Shown here one piece after another: positions 1-18,666 of a stretch of 64,000 nt of DNA; the stretch's first letter is position 1; each line of letters opens with the position of its first letter. The notes beneath the pieces were generated by a model that was not told the DNA's origin, searched no databases, and was given only the letters and a program-made list of their open reading frames with translations. The stretch is taken from the NCBI RefSeq assembly GCF_009914755.1, contig NC_060928.1; one strand, given 5' to 3'. The translations under genes and the position numbers were made by a program. The stretch is from the human T2T-CHM13v2.0 reference genome, Homo sapiens.

Positions 1-207
1 AAGAGGACTATTGTAGTCATCTATTGCCATGTAACAGATATCCCAAAACTTAATGGCTTAAACCATACCATTTTATTTATTTGCTTACAATTCATGTTAA
101 GATTCATTAGTTCATCATGAGATCCCTCCACCAAGAAAAAAACAAACTGTATTGATCACCTTTGGAGGATCCTAGGGAAACAACTGGCTAATTTAAAATC
201 TGCTTAG

Positions 208-311
208 ATGCTTTTGTAGTTCATAGGCGTGGTAATTGGGTGTTCACGTGCATGTGTGAGATGTGCCACGCTCCAGCCTTGTTACAACATCAGCATGTTA
301 TCCATCTAACA
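208..311 (+). pseudogene. SNORD13: U13 (SNORD13) box C/D snoRNA retropseudogene with A-rich tail to ~340
   Basis: Colinear with U13 as recalled (ATCCTTTTGTAGTTCATGAGCGTGATGATTGGGTGTTCA...GAGATGTGCCAC...CCTTGTTAC...CTGA). Box C has decayed to TGGTAA (230-235) and box D to CTAA (306-309). Followed by aaaacaataaaataaaacaaaataaaa. The symbol names the parent gene, not this locus. Confidence 0.9.
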
Positions 312-914
312 TGAAAACAATAAAATAAAACAAAATAAAATTGGGTTAATAGAGAGAATTAAGAATTTATCTTGTCTTTACATATACTCTACCTGCCAGC
401 ATTGAAGAAACATTTGTCGACAAAAGTATTTCAGATAAAAAAGAAGCAATTTTTAAAATCACCATTTGTAACCCCTAATTAGCTGCTGACCCTAGGCAAT
501 GACTATCAATGTCTGATAATGTCATAAGAAGAGACTTTTGAACATTATATGTGCCTCCTGATAGGTGTGTGCAACATCACCCATTAAGTTGTGTTGCCAA
601 CAATAACAACCAAGTGTTGAATCTGATCAGGCCTTTAGTTCTAACTACCATTTCACAGGAAATAACAAGGAACACTGTAACACATTTTCTTAAAAAAACA
701 GTATAAGAATGGAATCAGCAAAATCTAGACTATGGGAAACTCAGTAGGTCAAAAAACCAAGTTTCTTCAATAAAAAAATTTAAAAATAAAACAGAGAGTG
801 ATGGGGTGGATGGTAAATGGGTGCAGATGTGGGGAGAAAGTTAAAATACTTAGCAATCAGTTGCAATGCATGGGCCTTATTTGGATCCAAATAAAAACTG
901 TAAAAGAAGAAGAA

Positions 915-1287
<373 letters not shown>

Positions 1288-1353
1288 TTATTGTTAATTT
1301 TTTTAGATGTGATGGTAACATTATAATTTTGCTTAAAAAAAAAAAGAGTTTTT

Positions 1354-1507
1354 GTTTGGGTGCAGTGGCTCGCATCTGTAATTCCAGCACTTTGGGAGGC
1401 TGAGGCAGGAGGACTGTTTGAGCCCAGGAGTTCAAGGTTATAGTGAGTTATGATCCTGCCACTGCACTCCAGCCTGGGTGACACAGGAAAGCCCTGTCTC
1501 AAAAAAT
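1354..1507 (+). mobile_element. FRAM/FAM-like Alu monomer
   Basis: Single monomer running from the Alu head directly into right-arm sequence (gagttcaaggttatagtgagttatgatc) and an A tail. Confidence 0.8.
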
Positions 1508-3454
1508 AGTTCTTATCTTTTAGACATAATACTAAAATATATACAAGGAAATGATGTATTATCTAGAATTTTTTCTAAATAATCAGGGGTGAGATTGTAG
1601 GTGGGTATATAAGTATATAGGTGAAACAAAAGTGGCTATTTATTGTTAGCTGAAGTTAGGCAACAGATACGTTGGGAAGTTCATACTATTATCTCTATTT
1701 GAGTGTGTTTGAGAAGTTCCATAGTATTTTTTTAATCAATGGAAATGACTGAAAGAAATGAAATATCATAGCTTCCAAACCAGAATGTGGAGAAAAGGAA
1801 AGAGAGGGCAGGGAGAAAAAACAAGAAAACTTTATTAGTCCTGTAGAAGGCAAGAAAGAAGAAAAAAAAAGTTACCCAAATAGTCATCTCCTAGTAAATG
1901 AGACCCCTTTTCCCAAATCTTACACAGTCATGTTTCAACTGCTCATATCTGGTCTCTGTAGTGAAAGTGCATTGAGCTAGGACAAGAGGTTCTAATCCTG
2001 GCCCTCTCTGGGCTAAGTTGTGCCTTGCATGGCTCCTCAGGCTATATTAAGAGCCTGGACATCCTTTGACCATTGGCAGCTTTGTGACAGCTGGTTGGGG
2101 CTCGAGATTCAGTTTGCTGCCACAGAAGAAAGCAAAGCCAACTGGGTCACATGAGGAAGTAATCTGAGCCCTTAGCTCCAACCTGTAAACTAAGTTTCAT
2201 CTTGCCTGCTGCTGTGTGGCTGTCAGGGATAACCTGATGCCACATGACCAAAAGAAAAAGCCAACCTCTAAGACCCCCTTGCCGAGAACGTTGTCTTTTA
2301 CAAATTCTTGAAATATGATTTGGCGAGTTTCTAGTAAGAGTGACTGGCAACTGACTTGAATGAAAATAAATGTCAGAGAAGGGGGAAATGGGATTGGAGG
2401 AATGAATACCACAAAGATGGCTGCATCTTAGTGACTGTATTTTTAGAGGGGATGGGAATCTTGAAGAGGAAGAAAATCTTTCTTCCCTCTCTCAAACATT
2501 GTTATGAATACATGTTACTTATTTTTTTCTTCCTTCCAGGTGCAACCCTTTCAGCTGCTTTCTAGTTATTTCCCCATATGTTCTCTATTTTTTTTTCTTT
2601 TTTGCCCTTTGATTTCTTTTTTCAAAGCAGAACTCTACTTATTGCCATCTACTAAGCACTGCATTTCTCCCCATATCTCTCCCTGGATGTGCAGCTTTCT
2701 TATCTCATTCCCCATCTCCACTCCTGTTCCCCTTGCCTCTTTGTCAAATCTTGTGCTGCTTTTTTGTTGTTGTTGTTAATCGCTCCTCTGCCTCTGCTTT
2801 TCCTCTGAATTTCTATACCTTAGTCACTCTGAAACTCAGTGCCTTGTTCTCTTCTTGCTCTTGTCCCCTCTAGTGCATATAACGTCCATGAAAGGATTAT
2901 GCAGCCAGAAGCTCTCAGAGTAAGGTCAGAGTGTTCTGATGTGGAAAAGCTTCTATAGTGACTGCACTTTATTGGTGGAGGTTGTTGTCACTTTTTATCC
3001 TCCTAGAGCATTTACTAGGTATAATGTTGGGATCTTTCTTTGTTTTGCTCATAAAAATCTCTTAGGACTCTGAAAGTCAGGTTGCTTTTTCCTTCCTAAC
3101 TTCTGTCTCAATTTTATTATCACCTTAAGTGGCATCTGGTTGACAATGAGAAGAAAGAATTCAGAGAAAGAAATAGAATGGAGGAAAAAATGACCTGTGA
3201 CACCCACCAAAATCCAGCTTGGGCTTAGCTAATGTTTTTCTTGAGAAATTGTGGTACACCAACACGGTAATACTCTTTTATAACGATGGAGATCTAGAAC
3301 TGTTCTAAAAAGGAAACAAACAAAAAAAACTATATGAAAGAAAATTTTTAAAAAATTAGTATACCAAGTTGGTAGATTCACAAATTATTTACTTGGATAA
3401 CAATACCTAAACTTACTGTATCAGCACCATCCAAAATATCTTCTATATATTCAC

Positions 3455-3620
3455 CCATAGTTTTCTCAACAGATTTATGGGCCAGGTCCTATTATAAGCC
3501 CAATTCTGCAGGTGAGAAAAATGAGGCACAGAGAGGTTAACTCTTTTGTCCATGGTTACACAGTTAGTAAGTAGTAGTCTCAGATCTGATCCCAAGCCAT
3601 CTGGCTACAGAGTTCACGGA
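3455..3620 (-). mobile_element. MIR
   Basis: MIR core: gcaggtgagaaaaatgaggcacagagaggttaa...gttacacagttagtaagt. Confidence 0.8.
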
Positions 3621-3866
3621 ATTGGCTGCTGTAGCATTTTGAATTTTTATAGAAATTCTTATTTGCTTTCATTAATAAAGCTCTAAATCAAGTTTAGCCC
3701 TCCAGTGTTTCAGTAAGAAGATGAGTTTCAGGATTTGGACCACCTAAAAATTTTGTATAAACCTCATCACATTCGACAGACTTCTACCTGATATTCTTAG
3801 GTAACAGGCAGTGGGAGGCCAGAGGGAAGCCAGAGGAGAAGGTGTCCAATAATAAGAAAGTCTTCA

Positions 3867-4424
<558 letters not shown>

Positions 4425-4448
4425 AAAAGCCTTCAGTTCTTAAAGTGC

Positions 4449-4740
<292 letters not shown>

Positions 4741-5104
4741 TAAAGTACTTTAAGTAGTTAGTTGTTCCTAATTATCCACCACTAGACATAATGCTAATAT
4801 ATCCTTATAGCATAATCTTTGTTTATATCCATGATTCTAAAAAAGTTATAATGAAGACAGTTTAAAAATAAGTCATATAATTTTCACCAGTATCAGGAAG
4901 GAATATTATAAGATCATTGTTAAATGATAGTTTTCAGAGAAAATTATTTTATATGAAAAATTCTAAGTAGAACCATTGCATAGAATACAATTCAAAAATT
5001 TTAAAAAGAACAAGAAGAGACTCAATAAGGATAAATTTTAATGTAACCAGAAATCAGACTGTATATGCTGGAAGTAATATGTGATTTTAAAATTCAACAT
5101 GCAT

Positions 5105-5418
<314 letters not shown>

Positions 5419-5447
5419 TTAAAGGAATTTTAATATACAATGATATA

Positions 5448-5790
<343 letters not shown>

Positions 5791-6494
5791 AATGATATAA
5801 AAAAATAGAAAGATGTAGTTGTGACATGAATGTGCTATTCATGTATTGCAGGCGAATTGTCAAGATGATATGGTAAATTTACATATGCTGGTGGTAGCAA
5901 GTATAAAACCCAGATATATAAGTCAAGGTAGGAAATATCTATCATTTGAGAAGGAATTATCTACAAAATGTAAGATTTTGACCAGGAGCCAAGAAAAAGG
6001 CTGTTGAGCCTCACTGTTAGCTCTTGCTCCTATGAGACTACAGAAAAGCTATCTCTCTTCTGTTGTTTACAGTGAATTGTCTATAATCTTTTAATAGTTG
6101 GCAATGAATTTGCTGGAATAGCTGAGTGATTATCAATTCTTATACTCTACAGATCAATACTCCATCATTAAACTTTGGACATAGCTTTCAGTTGGCTGGG
6201 AGGAAGAAGCCAACCAAGTTGCTTTTCCAAGATGTGTCATAGCAGGCAGTGTGAGAGACTAAGCTGAGATTTACCGTATGGCTAAATATCCTTTGGACTC
6301 CAAAGTTTTGAAGATTACTGCAGGACATTGAAGGTGACTGAGACTCACACCTTCAGTAACTAGTTTCTGGTCTGCCCTATTCATATCAATGTATCATATC
6401 AATGATATGTAGCCTGGAGGTTTTGATAACTGACTTGGAAATTCTGCCATAGTCTCATCCTTTTATTCCCCTTACTAATAGAGGGTTGAATTAG

Positions 6495-6897
<403 letters not shown>

Positions 6898-7329
6898 TAA
6901 AGTTTAATTTTTTAATCTTTAAATAATTTACATGATTCAAATTTTAAAAAATATATTTAAAAAATATAAATATACACTAAGAAGTCTTTTTCTCCTCTCT
7001 GTTCCCATTCTAACCAATCAGTTCTTATTTCTGCAAACAACCAATGTTGTTAGATTTTCTATATCCTTCCAGACATATTTAAAGTATATATATATATAAG
7101 AAAAAATATATAGCTATGTTATTGTTTTTTTTTTCCTTTTACTCAGGTGGCAGTCTATTTTGCATACTTTAGAGCTTACTTTTATCAGATAAAACTAAAT
7201 TTTATTATGTTCAGATGCTTTATCTATCCTGGTTATCTCTCTTGTCCTACTCTCCCATTTCTCACTCCCAATATGCATTTACTCTGCACTTTTGTATGCT
7301 AGAAATACATTAGTCCATTCCCTGATTAG

Positions 7330-7653
<324 letters not shown>

Positions 7654-7827
7654 TAGTTTAGTTTTTATTGTGCTGAAATCTTGCATATGTTTAGCCACTC
7701 AATATTGTCTGTTTAAATGGAAACCCCCAAATAATGTGATATACACATGTACATCTTTTTTAGTACAGAATCTAGTATAATACCAAGAATAATTATGAGT
7801 TTAATAAATGCCTTTTTATGACACTGA

Positions 7828-8141
<314 letters not shown>

Positions 8142-8299
8142 ATATGACACTGATTTTTTATTTATTTGCCACCCACTTAATGTTCTGAAACCAGTTCTAT
8201 CTACTTTGGTGACTATTCAATTAAATTTTAGCTTGTTAATATACATGGATTGGCCAGATACTGGTAGAAGAGATATAGGACCATGCCTTTATTTAGTCA

Positions 8300-8617
<318 letters not shown>

Positions 8618-9218
8618 TCATTATTTGTGTAAGTTAATAATATCTGAGCACAAAATCATATACATTTTGTACCTACAACCAAAAGAATACACATTAGAAT
8701 GGTTTCCTGGGGCTTGTGGGGAGGGAAAAAGAATCAAAATAGAGTATTGGGGCAAAGGAAAATAAGTAAGTAGAATAAAAGCAGATACTTACACAATCCA
8801 TTGATGGTCATGGACCATGAACTGAGAAATATAATTAAGTCATCTTTCTATGCCCAGGCAAGGGGCAGGGATGGGAGGTAGATAGCAGAGACTTTATGTC
8901 TTTGGGTGAGCCTAAATTGATGGGACCCTTCCACATAAGATTTGAGACACTAGACCCAGATACCTTTAAAAAATATATCTCTTACAGCCTGAATCTGAAT
9001 ACTGGAGACTGACTGATTACAGATTCTTTCTTAGAATAGAAAGGGGTCACGAAGAGCTCAAAGAACAAATGAAAACAGACAAAAAATCTGCCCTCATTGA
9101 TGGGAGGATGTCAGAGGTACACAGGAGCCAGCTGTAGAACTTCCAGTAGCCAATGGGAAAACAATTTAAGCAACTAAATAACAAAGTAGTATTGGACTAT
9201 ATAACTCAACATATCAGA

Positions 9219-9532
<314 letters not shown>

Positions 9533-9922
9533 TCAACATATCAGTATTCATGAGTCCATACTGATATAAATAAATTATTGAATAAATTAATAAATTGAGG
9601 AGAACAAACAAATCTTTCATGCTCTCCTGCAGAAGAATGACAAATAATGTATGTAGATACTCCATCCATAATGAAGGGAGCATAACTCTGCACTCCTTGA
9701 GTGTGGGCTGCACAAGGAGTGGGGAGCTATGCTTCCCAAAGAGTAGAATGCGCAAAATGGGGATAAGGAGTAGCCGCCCGCTGGGGAAACCAGACGCTCC
9801 CTCAGCCAGGTGATCAAGGGTCACATCAGCAGTAATAAATCATGTTAATAGATGTGCCTTTGTGTGATGTGATGAAAATGGCACTGTATCTCAGTGATCT
9901 TCCCAACACCACAGAACCCCAG

Positions 9923-10233
9923 GGTGGCTCATGCCTGTAATCCCAACACTCTGAGAGGTCGAGATGAGAGGATCCCTTGAGCCCAAGAGTTCGATACTAG
10001 CCTGGGCAACATGGCAAAACCCCATCTCTACAAAAAAGACAAAAACTAGCCAGGCCATGGTGGCACGTGCCTGTGGTCCCAGCAACTCAGGAGGCTGAGA
10101 TGGGTAGATCACTTCAACCCAGAAGGTCGAGGCTGCAGTGAGCCACGATTGTGCCACTGCACTCCAGGATGGGCAACACACTGAGACTCTGTCTCAAAAA
10201 AAAAAAAAAAGAAAGAAAGAAAGAAAGAAAAAA
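9923..10233 (+). mobile_element. AluJ
   Basis: J diagnostics; (GAAA)n tail. Confidence 0.9.
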
Positions 10234-10243
10234 CAGAAATTCC

Positions 10244-10537
10244 TTTTTTTTTTTGAGACAGAGTTTTGCTCTTGTTGCCCAGGCTGGAGTGCAAAGGCGC
10301 AATCTCAGCTCACCACAACCTCTGCCTCTAGGTTCAGGCAATTCTCCTGCCCCAGCCTCCCGAGTAGCTGGGATTACAGGCATGTGCCACCACGCCTGGC
10401 TAATTTTGTATTTTTTTAGTAGATATGGGGTTTCTCCATGTTGGTCAGGCTGGTCTCGAACTCCCGACCTCAGGTGATCTGCCTTTCTAGGCCTCCCAAA
10501 GTGCTGGGATTACAGGCATGAGCCACCACACCCGGCT
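10244..10537 (-). mobile_element. AluSp/Sq
   Basis: Reverse dimer; TSD gaaaaaacagaaattc at 10227-10242 and 10538-10553. Confidence 0.92.
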
Positions 10538-13500
10538 GAAAAAACAGAAATTCTGAGACTATCATATCCAAGAGGTGGCTCAGGAGACACGAAAATATAA
10601 TGTACTATCCTGAAACCAAAAAAAGACATTAGGTTAAAAAGTAAGGATATCTAAATAAGTATGGATTTTAGATATTAATCATGTTTTAATATTTGTCATT
10701 AATGGTAATATACAATAATAGGTGAAACTGAGGGAGGTGGTAGAAGTGATATGGGAACTTTCTCTACTGTCTTAATTTTTCTATAAATCTAAAACTGTTC
10801 TCAAAAAAAGGGTCATCACAAAAAAAAGGGGGGGTCATGAAGTCAGTGGTCTATGAAACCCTGTAAAAATGTGACCCATCCCCCTCTATGTATAACAAAA
10901 AAGTTTTCTTTCTTGTCTTCCAGCTGAGGAAGTATTTGATTGGTTTGGTTGGTTTTTGCTAAACACAGAAGAGGTCTTTGCTCAGAGACACAGAAAGTGT
11001 TTCTCTTCTCTTCCTTTGGTGTTATGAGTGAGCTTGCCAAACTCGAAGGCAGATGTCTTAGCACCTTTCAGTGTTAATATAACTATGTATCTGGTTGGAA
11101 CCTGCCCCGAGGCTCCCAAGGCAGCTAATAAATGGCCAGTAATGAACACTGATGGCCAGAGGCTTCTAACCATTAGGACAGTGGACCCATTCTTTCCCAG
11201 TCCTCAAAGTTCAACCACATGCAACTAGAAAGATAGTTTTAACCAATCCAAAGTAATGTTGGTTACAGAATCTCTTAGCACCAGTGTTCAGACAGGATTA
11301 CACGTTGGGGTTTTCATCTTCTGATCCTAGCATGGTACCTAACACTCGGTAGGCACTTAACACATGTTCATTAAGTAAATGGCAATGTGTTCCTAGAGTT
11401 CAGGGCAGAATTTTAATATTTCATATATGGGTCTAATAAAGCAAAGAGCCGTATAGCCTGGCTGGCAAAATAATTATCACCTAAAAAATTTATTAGGCAT
11501 TTTCTAATTCACGAAATTTATCCGTTATTAGTTCAACTACTATAAGTTTCAAGCCTCTGAATAGCAGAACAGTTCCTGTTATGGGAATGTTGGGTCATAT
11601 GTCACTTGAAAGGTATCTTTCCCTAAGTATCTATTAATGTGCTAGCGTGGACTCAAAACTGGCCTATCAGGAATATTTAATGTTTCTCTCATGAGGAACC
11701 TTGAAGCAGTCGAATTTTATAATTTTTTTGTGTATTTTTTTATTAGTTACAGAACCTTGCCAATTCACTCAAGCTAATCTGCAAGTCCTGTCATTATCAC
11801 AAAAAAGTACTCTGGCAAATTAACCCCATTTCTCAATGCAGGCTTAATAGGAAAGAGAGCTATTTTGAAAGCTCAGGGGATTACAAGCACTCTTTACAAA
11901 ACGTACTGCAACACACTAGACTGTGAGATACAGCCTTAAATAGTTAAACAAGTCCATCGACATAAACTGGGTACATTTCCATCCTTGATTCTTCCCTATT
12001 GACTTCATTACTTAAGATGTACCTGACTGGAAGCCGGAAAAGGCCTCTTGGGAGTGAGCAGCCCTGGTGGAGGGGAGCAGAGGGAGCCCCTTATTTATGA
12101 GGGAGAGAAGACATCATTGGAAACGTATAAGATTTGAACAACAAGCTTCACTGGAATATTATTGAGAGAGCAATACTTGGTTATATATAATCAGGGGTTT
12201 TGTAATGAATCTGTGGAAAGGTAACCAGTAATTGCTTAGTATAATCTAAAACTCTGAAAACCTTGTGATAAAATAGCTACAAAGAAATCAAATCAAAACA
12301 CAGTCTCAGATGTTTTGATCATTGAAGTTGGAACAATTGGGATAGCCTTGAAAGCTTATCTCTAAAATAAGTTCTTACAGAACTCCGTGAGCAGAGACCA
12401 AAAGCAGACTTTTAGAAGAACTAACTTCAAAAAAGATTCCCTATATAATAAGAGTCATTTTAAACTGAAATGATCAAGACCTCCTAGGGATTCTAGGTCA
12501 TGCCTAAACCATCACGGTCAAGTTGGACATGTATAGAGACCTGGTACTCTCACTCTTCCACCTTCGGCCCCACTTATATCCCAGGCTGGGCATTGAAGTT
12601 CCCCATCAGTCAGTTGGACGGGGGTACAGGACAGGCCCCTTTAAACGCAGAACTCCCTCAATACTGCAGAACACTGGAAGAGCTCTTGTTCAAGTGGGTA
12701 AGTGCAGCCTGAGTGTCTGGTGAGATCAAACCTGAAGAGAGCGTGAGATAAGGAGAGAGTTGAGTCATTAGTCATCTCTTTTAACTAACTCTCTGAAGTT
12801 GGCTGGCTTCACACTAGACCTGGTGATTAATGGTAAAGAGATAGCTCTTGCAATTCAACTTCTGTAAGTAGAAAGAAATTTAAAGCTTCCCCTGAGCATT
12901 CGCTTCCTCTTCGAATGCTTCAAAACAAATCTCAGCATCAGTAGGCTGATGCCAGTTCTCATCATGCCCCACAGGCCTTGATGAGGGAGACGGAGAGAGC
13001 CAGGTGTGCCCTATTGAACAGGCCCCAATGGTTCTCTGCCTTTTCATAGCAATCTCCTAAAGGGAGAACCAGAGTCATCAAATCTCAGGACAAAATGGCA
13101 GCCCTAAGAGGGCAATCCACTGTCAGAAAGCATGCATAAGCTATTATTCTGAAGAGAAGAAGATTATTTCCATTCACTATAGGGCTAGTCTGAAGTTTGC
13201 AAAGAAGTCCTTTTCATTCAATTATCCCTTGAAGGAAAGTATGTATGTAAAAGTTAAGAAAATTCAATATCAAAAATAGTTTTTGTTTTGGCTTTGAAAT
13301 TTTTCTTAATATGTAAGCAAAATTCTTAGTTCTGGAGTTGCAGTTACTCAGTTATCAAAAATGATACAGATAAGATAACAAACCCCATTAACCACCCAGT
13401 TGCTCAAACAGAAATCTAGGATTCATGTTAATTCCTTTCTTCTTTCACCCCTCACACCCAATCCATTTGTTTCATTAGTTCTCCCTTCAAAATACCTTAA

Positions 13501-13608
13501 TTCATCCACTTTCTCCATTCTCATGGCACCATTCTAATATAAATCATGTCTCACCTGAATTGTTATCATAACCTCTTAAACAGAACTAACTCTTGCTTCC
13601 ATAGTCTA

Positions 13609-14148
<540 letters not shown>

Positions 14149-14382
14149 TTAATGGCTTCCTCACAAGGCCTTACATAGTTTGGCCCCTAACTACCTTTCG
14201 ACTTCATTTCCTACTTTTTTTTTCCTGCTAACACCACTGGTCCTGTTTGGGGTTTCATGACTAAGCCAAGCTCTTATTTCCCCTTGTGTCCTCTGGCTGT
14301 AATGCTGATCTTCTCATAACTGGTTCTTTTTCGTTCTTCAGGTCTTAGCATAAATCATCTCCACATTTAAGATCTTCCTACT

Positions 14383-14992
14383 GGACCTGGCGCAGTGGCT
14401 CTCACCTGTAATCCCAACACTTTGGGAGGCTGAGGCAGGAGGATCACTTGAGTTCAGGAGTTCGAGACCAACCTAGGCAACATAGTGAGACCCTGTGTCT
14501 ACCAAAAATAGAAAAAATTAGTTGGGTGTGGTGCTTTGCACCTCTAGTTCCAGCAACTTGAGAGGCTGAGGTGGGAGGATCACTTAATCCTGGGAAGTCA
14601 AGGCTGCAGTGAGCCATATTTGCACCACTGTATTCCAGCCTGGGGGATACAGTGAGACCCTGTCTCAAACAATAATAATAATAATCTTCAGGCCAGGTGC
14701 AGTGGCTCACACCTGTAATCCCAGCACTTGGGAGGCCAAGGTGGATGGATCACCTGAGGTTAGGAGTTCGAGACCAGGCTGGCCAACATGGTGGGACCCC
14801 GTCTCTACCAAAAATACAAAAATTAGCCGGGAGTGATGGCAGGTGCCTGTAATCCCTGCTACCATGGAGGCTGAGGAAGGAGAATTGCTTGAACCCAGGA
14901 GCAGAGGTTGCAGTGAGCGGAGATCATGCCATTGCACCCCAGCCTGGGCGACAAGAGTGAAACTCCATCTTAAAAAAAAAATAATAATAATA
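14383..14992 (+). mobile_element. Tandem AluJ (14383-14685) and AluS (14691-14992)
   Basis: Two forward dimers with (AAT)n tails. Confidence 0.9.
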
Positions 14993-15266
14993 ATCTTCCT
15001 TACCAATCCATAGCTTCTCCTTCCCTGGCTGTCTTCTCTTTGTTAGTATCATCCCCCGTTTGTTTTATTTACAGCACTTACAATCTGAAATTGCCCTGTT
15101 TATTTAACGGATATGCCTATTGTTGGTCTTTTCCACTCACAACAAAATCTAATCTCCTAACCACATCTGTCTTGTGACATCACCACATCTCCAATACTTA
15201 AAACAGCACCTAGAACAATGAAGAGTCATTAAAGGAATGAAGAAAAGAAAAGAAGGAAGTATATAA

Positions 15267-15778
<512 letters not shown>

Positions 15779-15880
15779 ATCTAGATTAAGGAAGAAGTTT
15801 ATCTATAACCCTAGTTAATGTCTAAATTCTGCAAACCTGCCAGAGTTCTAGGTTGTAGTATAATAGAAATTGGAGTAGAA

Positions 15881-16202
<322 letters not shown>

Positions 16203-16694
16203 TCATGACTTCCTTGCCCATGACCCCTTCTTAGTGAAACTGATCCATCCACAGTTTGGAAAGGCAGATCTATATACCTCCTGATTCCTCAACACGTCTT
16301 ACTTCCTATTCATGACTGATTGTACCAGATCACCCCATCAGATGACCTCTCTATGGAATTTGAAATTGGACCACTGAAATAGAACTAACTAGATGCTGAT
16401 GGACTCTTGAAGTAAAATATGTAGTTGGGTAGGTCCATGACAAACCAAAGCCAAAGGTAAACTCATATTTTCAGAGAATGGAGATAGCACAATAAAAAAG
16501 AAGTCAGTTTGTTCAAGGAAGCTTGAGAAAGAAGGAGACACACAGATAGAAGCACAGACCTGCTGCCACAGGGCCCCAAGAAGGGTGAAAGGACTAGCCT
16601 TGGGTCCTGAATGTCCAGCTCCATGTCCCATACGGTCTAGGTGTGCTTCACTAATGTCCTTGTATATCTGGGAAGTGTTCTGTTGTATCTCTTC

Positions 16695-16977
16695 TTTTAT
16701 TTTTGAGACAAGGTCTCGCTCTGTCACCCAGGCTGCAGGGCAATGGTGCAATCCCAGCTTGCTGCAGCCTGGACCTCTTGGGCTCAAGTGATCCTCTCAC
16801 CTCAGCCTCCCAAGTAGCAGGGACTACAGGCATGTGCCACCACACCCAGCCAATTTTTTAAATTTTTTGTAGAGATGGGCTCTCACTGTGCTGCCCAGGT
16901 TGGTCTAAAACTCCTGGGCTCCAGCAATCTTCCCGTTCAACCTCCCAAAGTGCAGGCGTGAACCACTGTGCCCAGCT
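16695..16977 (-). mobile_element. AluJ
   Basis: Reverse dimer with J diagnostics. Confidence 0.9.
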
Positions 16978-18165
16978 TCTCTTCTTAACTTACCTAATTT
17001 GAGACAGTTTCTATTCCTGACCAGAGGAATGGGTGTTTCAAGTTACCGTCAAACCTATCAATGAACACACACGTGTTTGGTGGGTGTCTGTTATGTTTAA
17101 GACACTGAGAGACATGGTGGGGCAAACAAATACATGCAAAAAATAACAATTGTTTCCAGGAAAAGTAAATCTGGTAGAGGAATGAGACATAAATAACATA
17201 AAATGATAATTAACAGTGTGAGGCAGTGTATGGTAAGTACCGCATATCAGGGTTTTATGTGTCTAAGATGTTTTAAAAGTTAATTTTAATGGTATTTAGA
17301 ACAAAATGAAAATAGATGCTGAGGAAATAATGACTACTATTTCAAAAGAACCACAACAGTGAATTTTGACAAATAAAATTGTTTTGATCAGAATTATTAA
17401 CAGAAAATTGTTTTGATCAGACTTAATAACATTTTAACAATTTCAAAACTGCTAACCATGTGTCAAATCTATTAAGATGAACTGAGAATAAGCCATTCTG
17501 GTGTTCTTTCTGAAAGAGATAATGACTATCCTCAGAGTATCTAAAAAGTGTTTGGTCTTAACAACAAAGGACTAGATGAAGTCCCTGTTGTGTCAAAGTA
17601 AAGTCCCCAGTATTTCATCAATACAGACATCATGCTACCAGTTGCTTAAAAATGCACTGCCTGATATAGTCTTTGTGCTGACAAAACATTCACTAGGAAG
17701 AGCGATCTCTAGAGATCTATGTCTGATGTGAGTTCGCATAGGAATTAATTTTTCCTGAACCAAGATTTGTAGAGATCTTCTAGAGATGCTTTCTGCAAAA
17801 TTTGCTCAACCTGAAGTGGAAATAAACTTCATGGTAAAGGCAGTAAATTTACTAGGATTTTTTATTTTTTTAAAGTAAGTTTGTAAGGGCAATACATTTA
17901 TCAGGATTTATTATTTTTTAAAGTAAGTTTATAGCAAAGTATTATTTTAAAAGGAAGTAAAGATGGGAGGGAAGAGTAAGAAAATGGGTTGCCTGCTCTA
18001 GCAATGCACAGAAATTCAGTATATGTAAAATAATCTGCTATTTAGCCCCTAAACAGTGTTTTTATTCATCCACTGGGCATTTACACTTGACGCAAAACAA
18101 GGTATGAGTCAGTAATTAATTTATGTCTATGTGCCAATATTGATAGTACTATACCATTAACTAAT

Positions 18166-18666
<501 letters not shown>

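Noticed and set aside
2520-2545. Strong isolated splice acceptors (2540, 7146, 10923)
   Set aside because: No convincing paired donor or open frame; such pyrimidine-AG motifs are frequent by chance.
12585-12615. Minus-strand LMGNFNAQPG resembling the LINE endonuclease GDFN motif
   Set aside because: Flanked by stops and no other endonuclease motifs are recognisable; may be chance.
17370-17935. Short direct repeats (aaattgttttgatcaga x2; aggatttt...taaagtaagttt x2) and a protein-looking frame with two stops
   Set aside because: AT-rich local duplications; no recognisable parent gene or transposase, so not supportable without a search.
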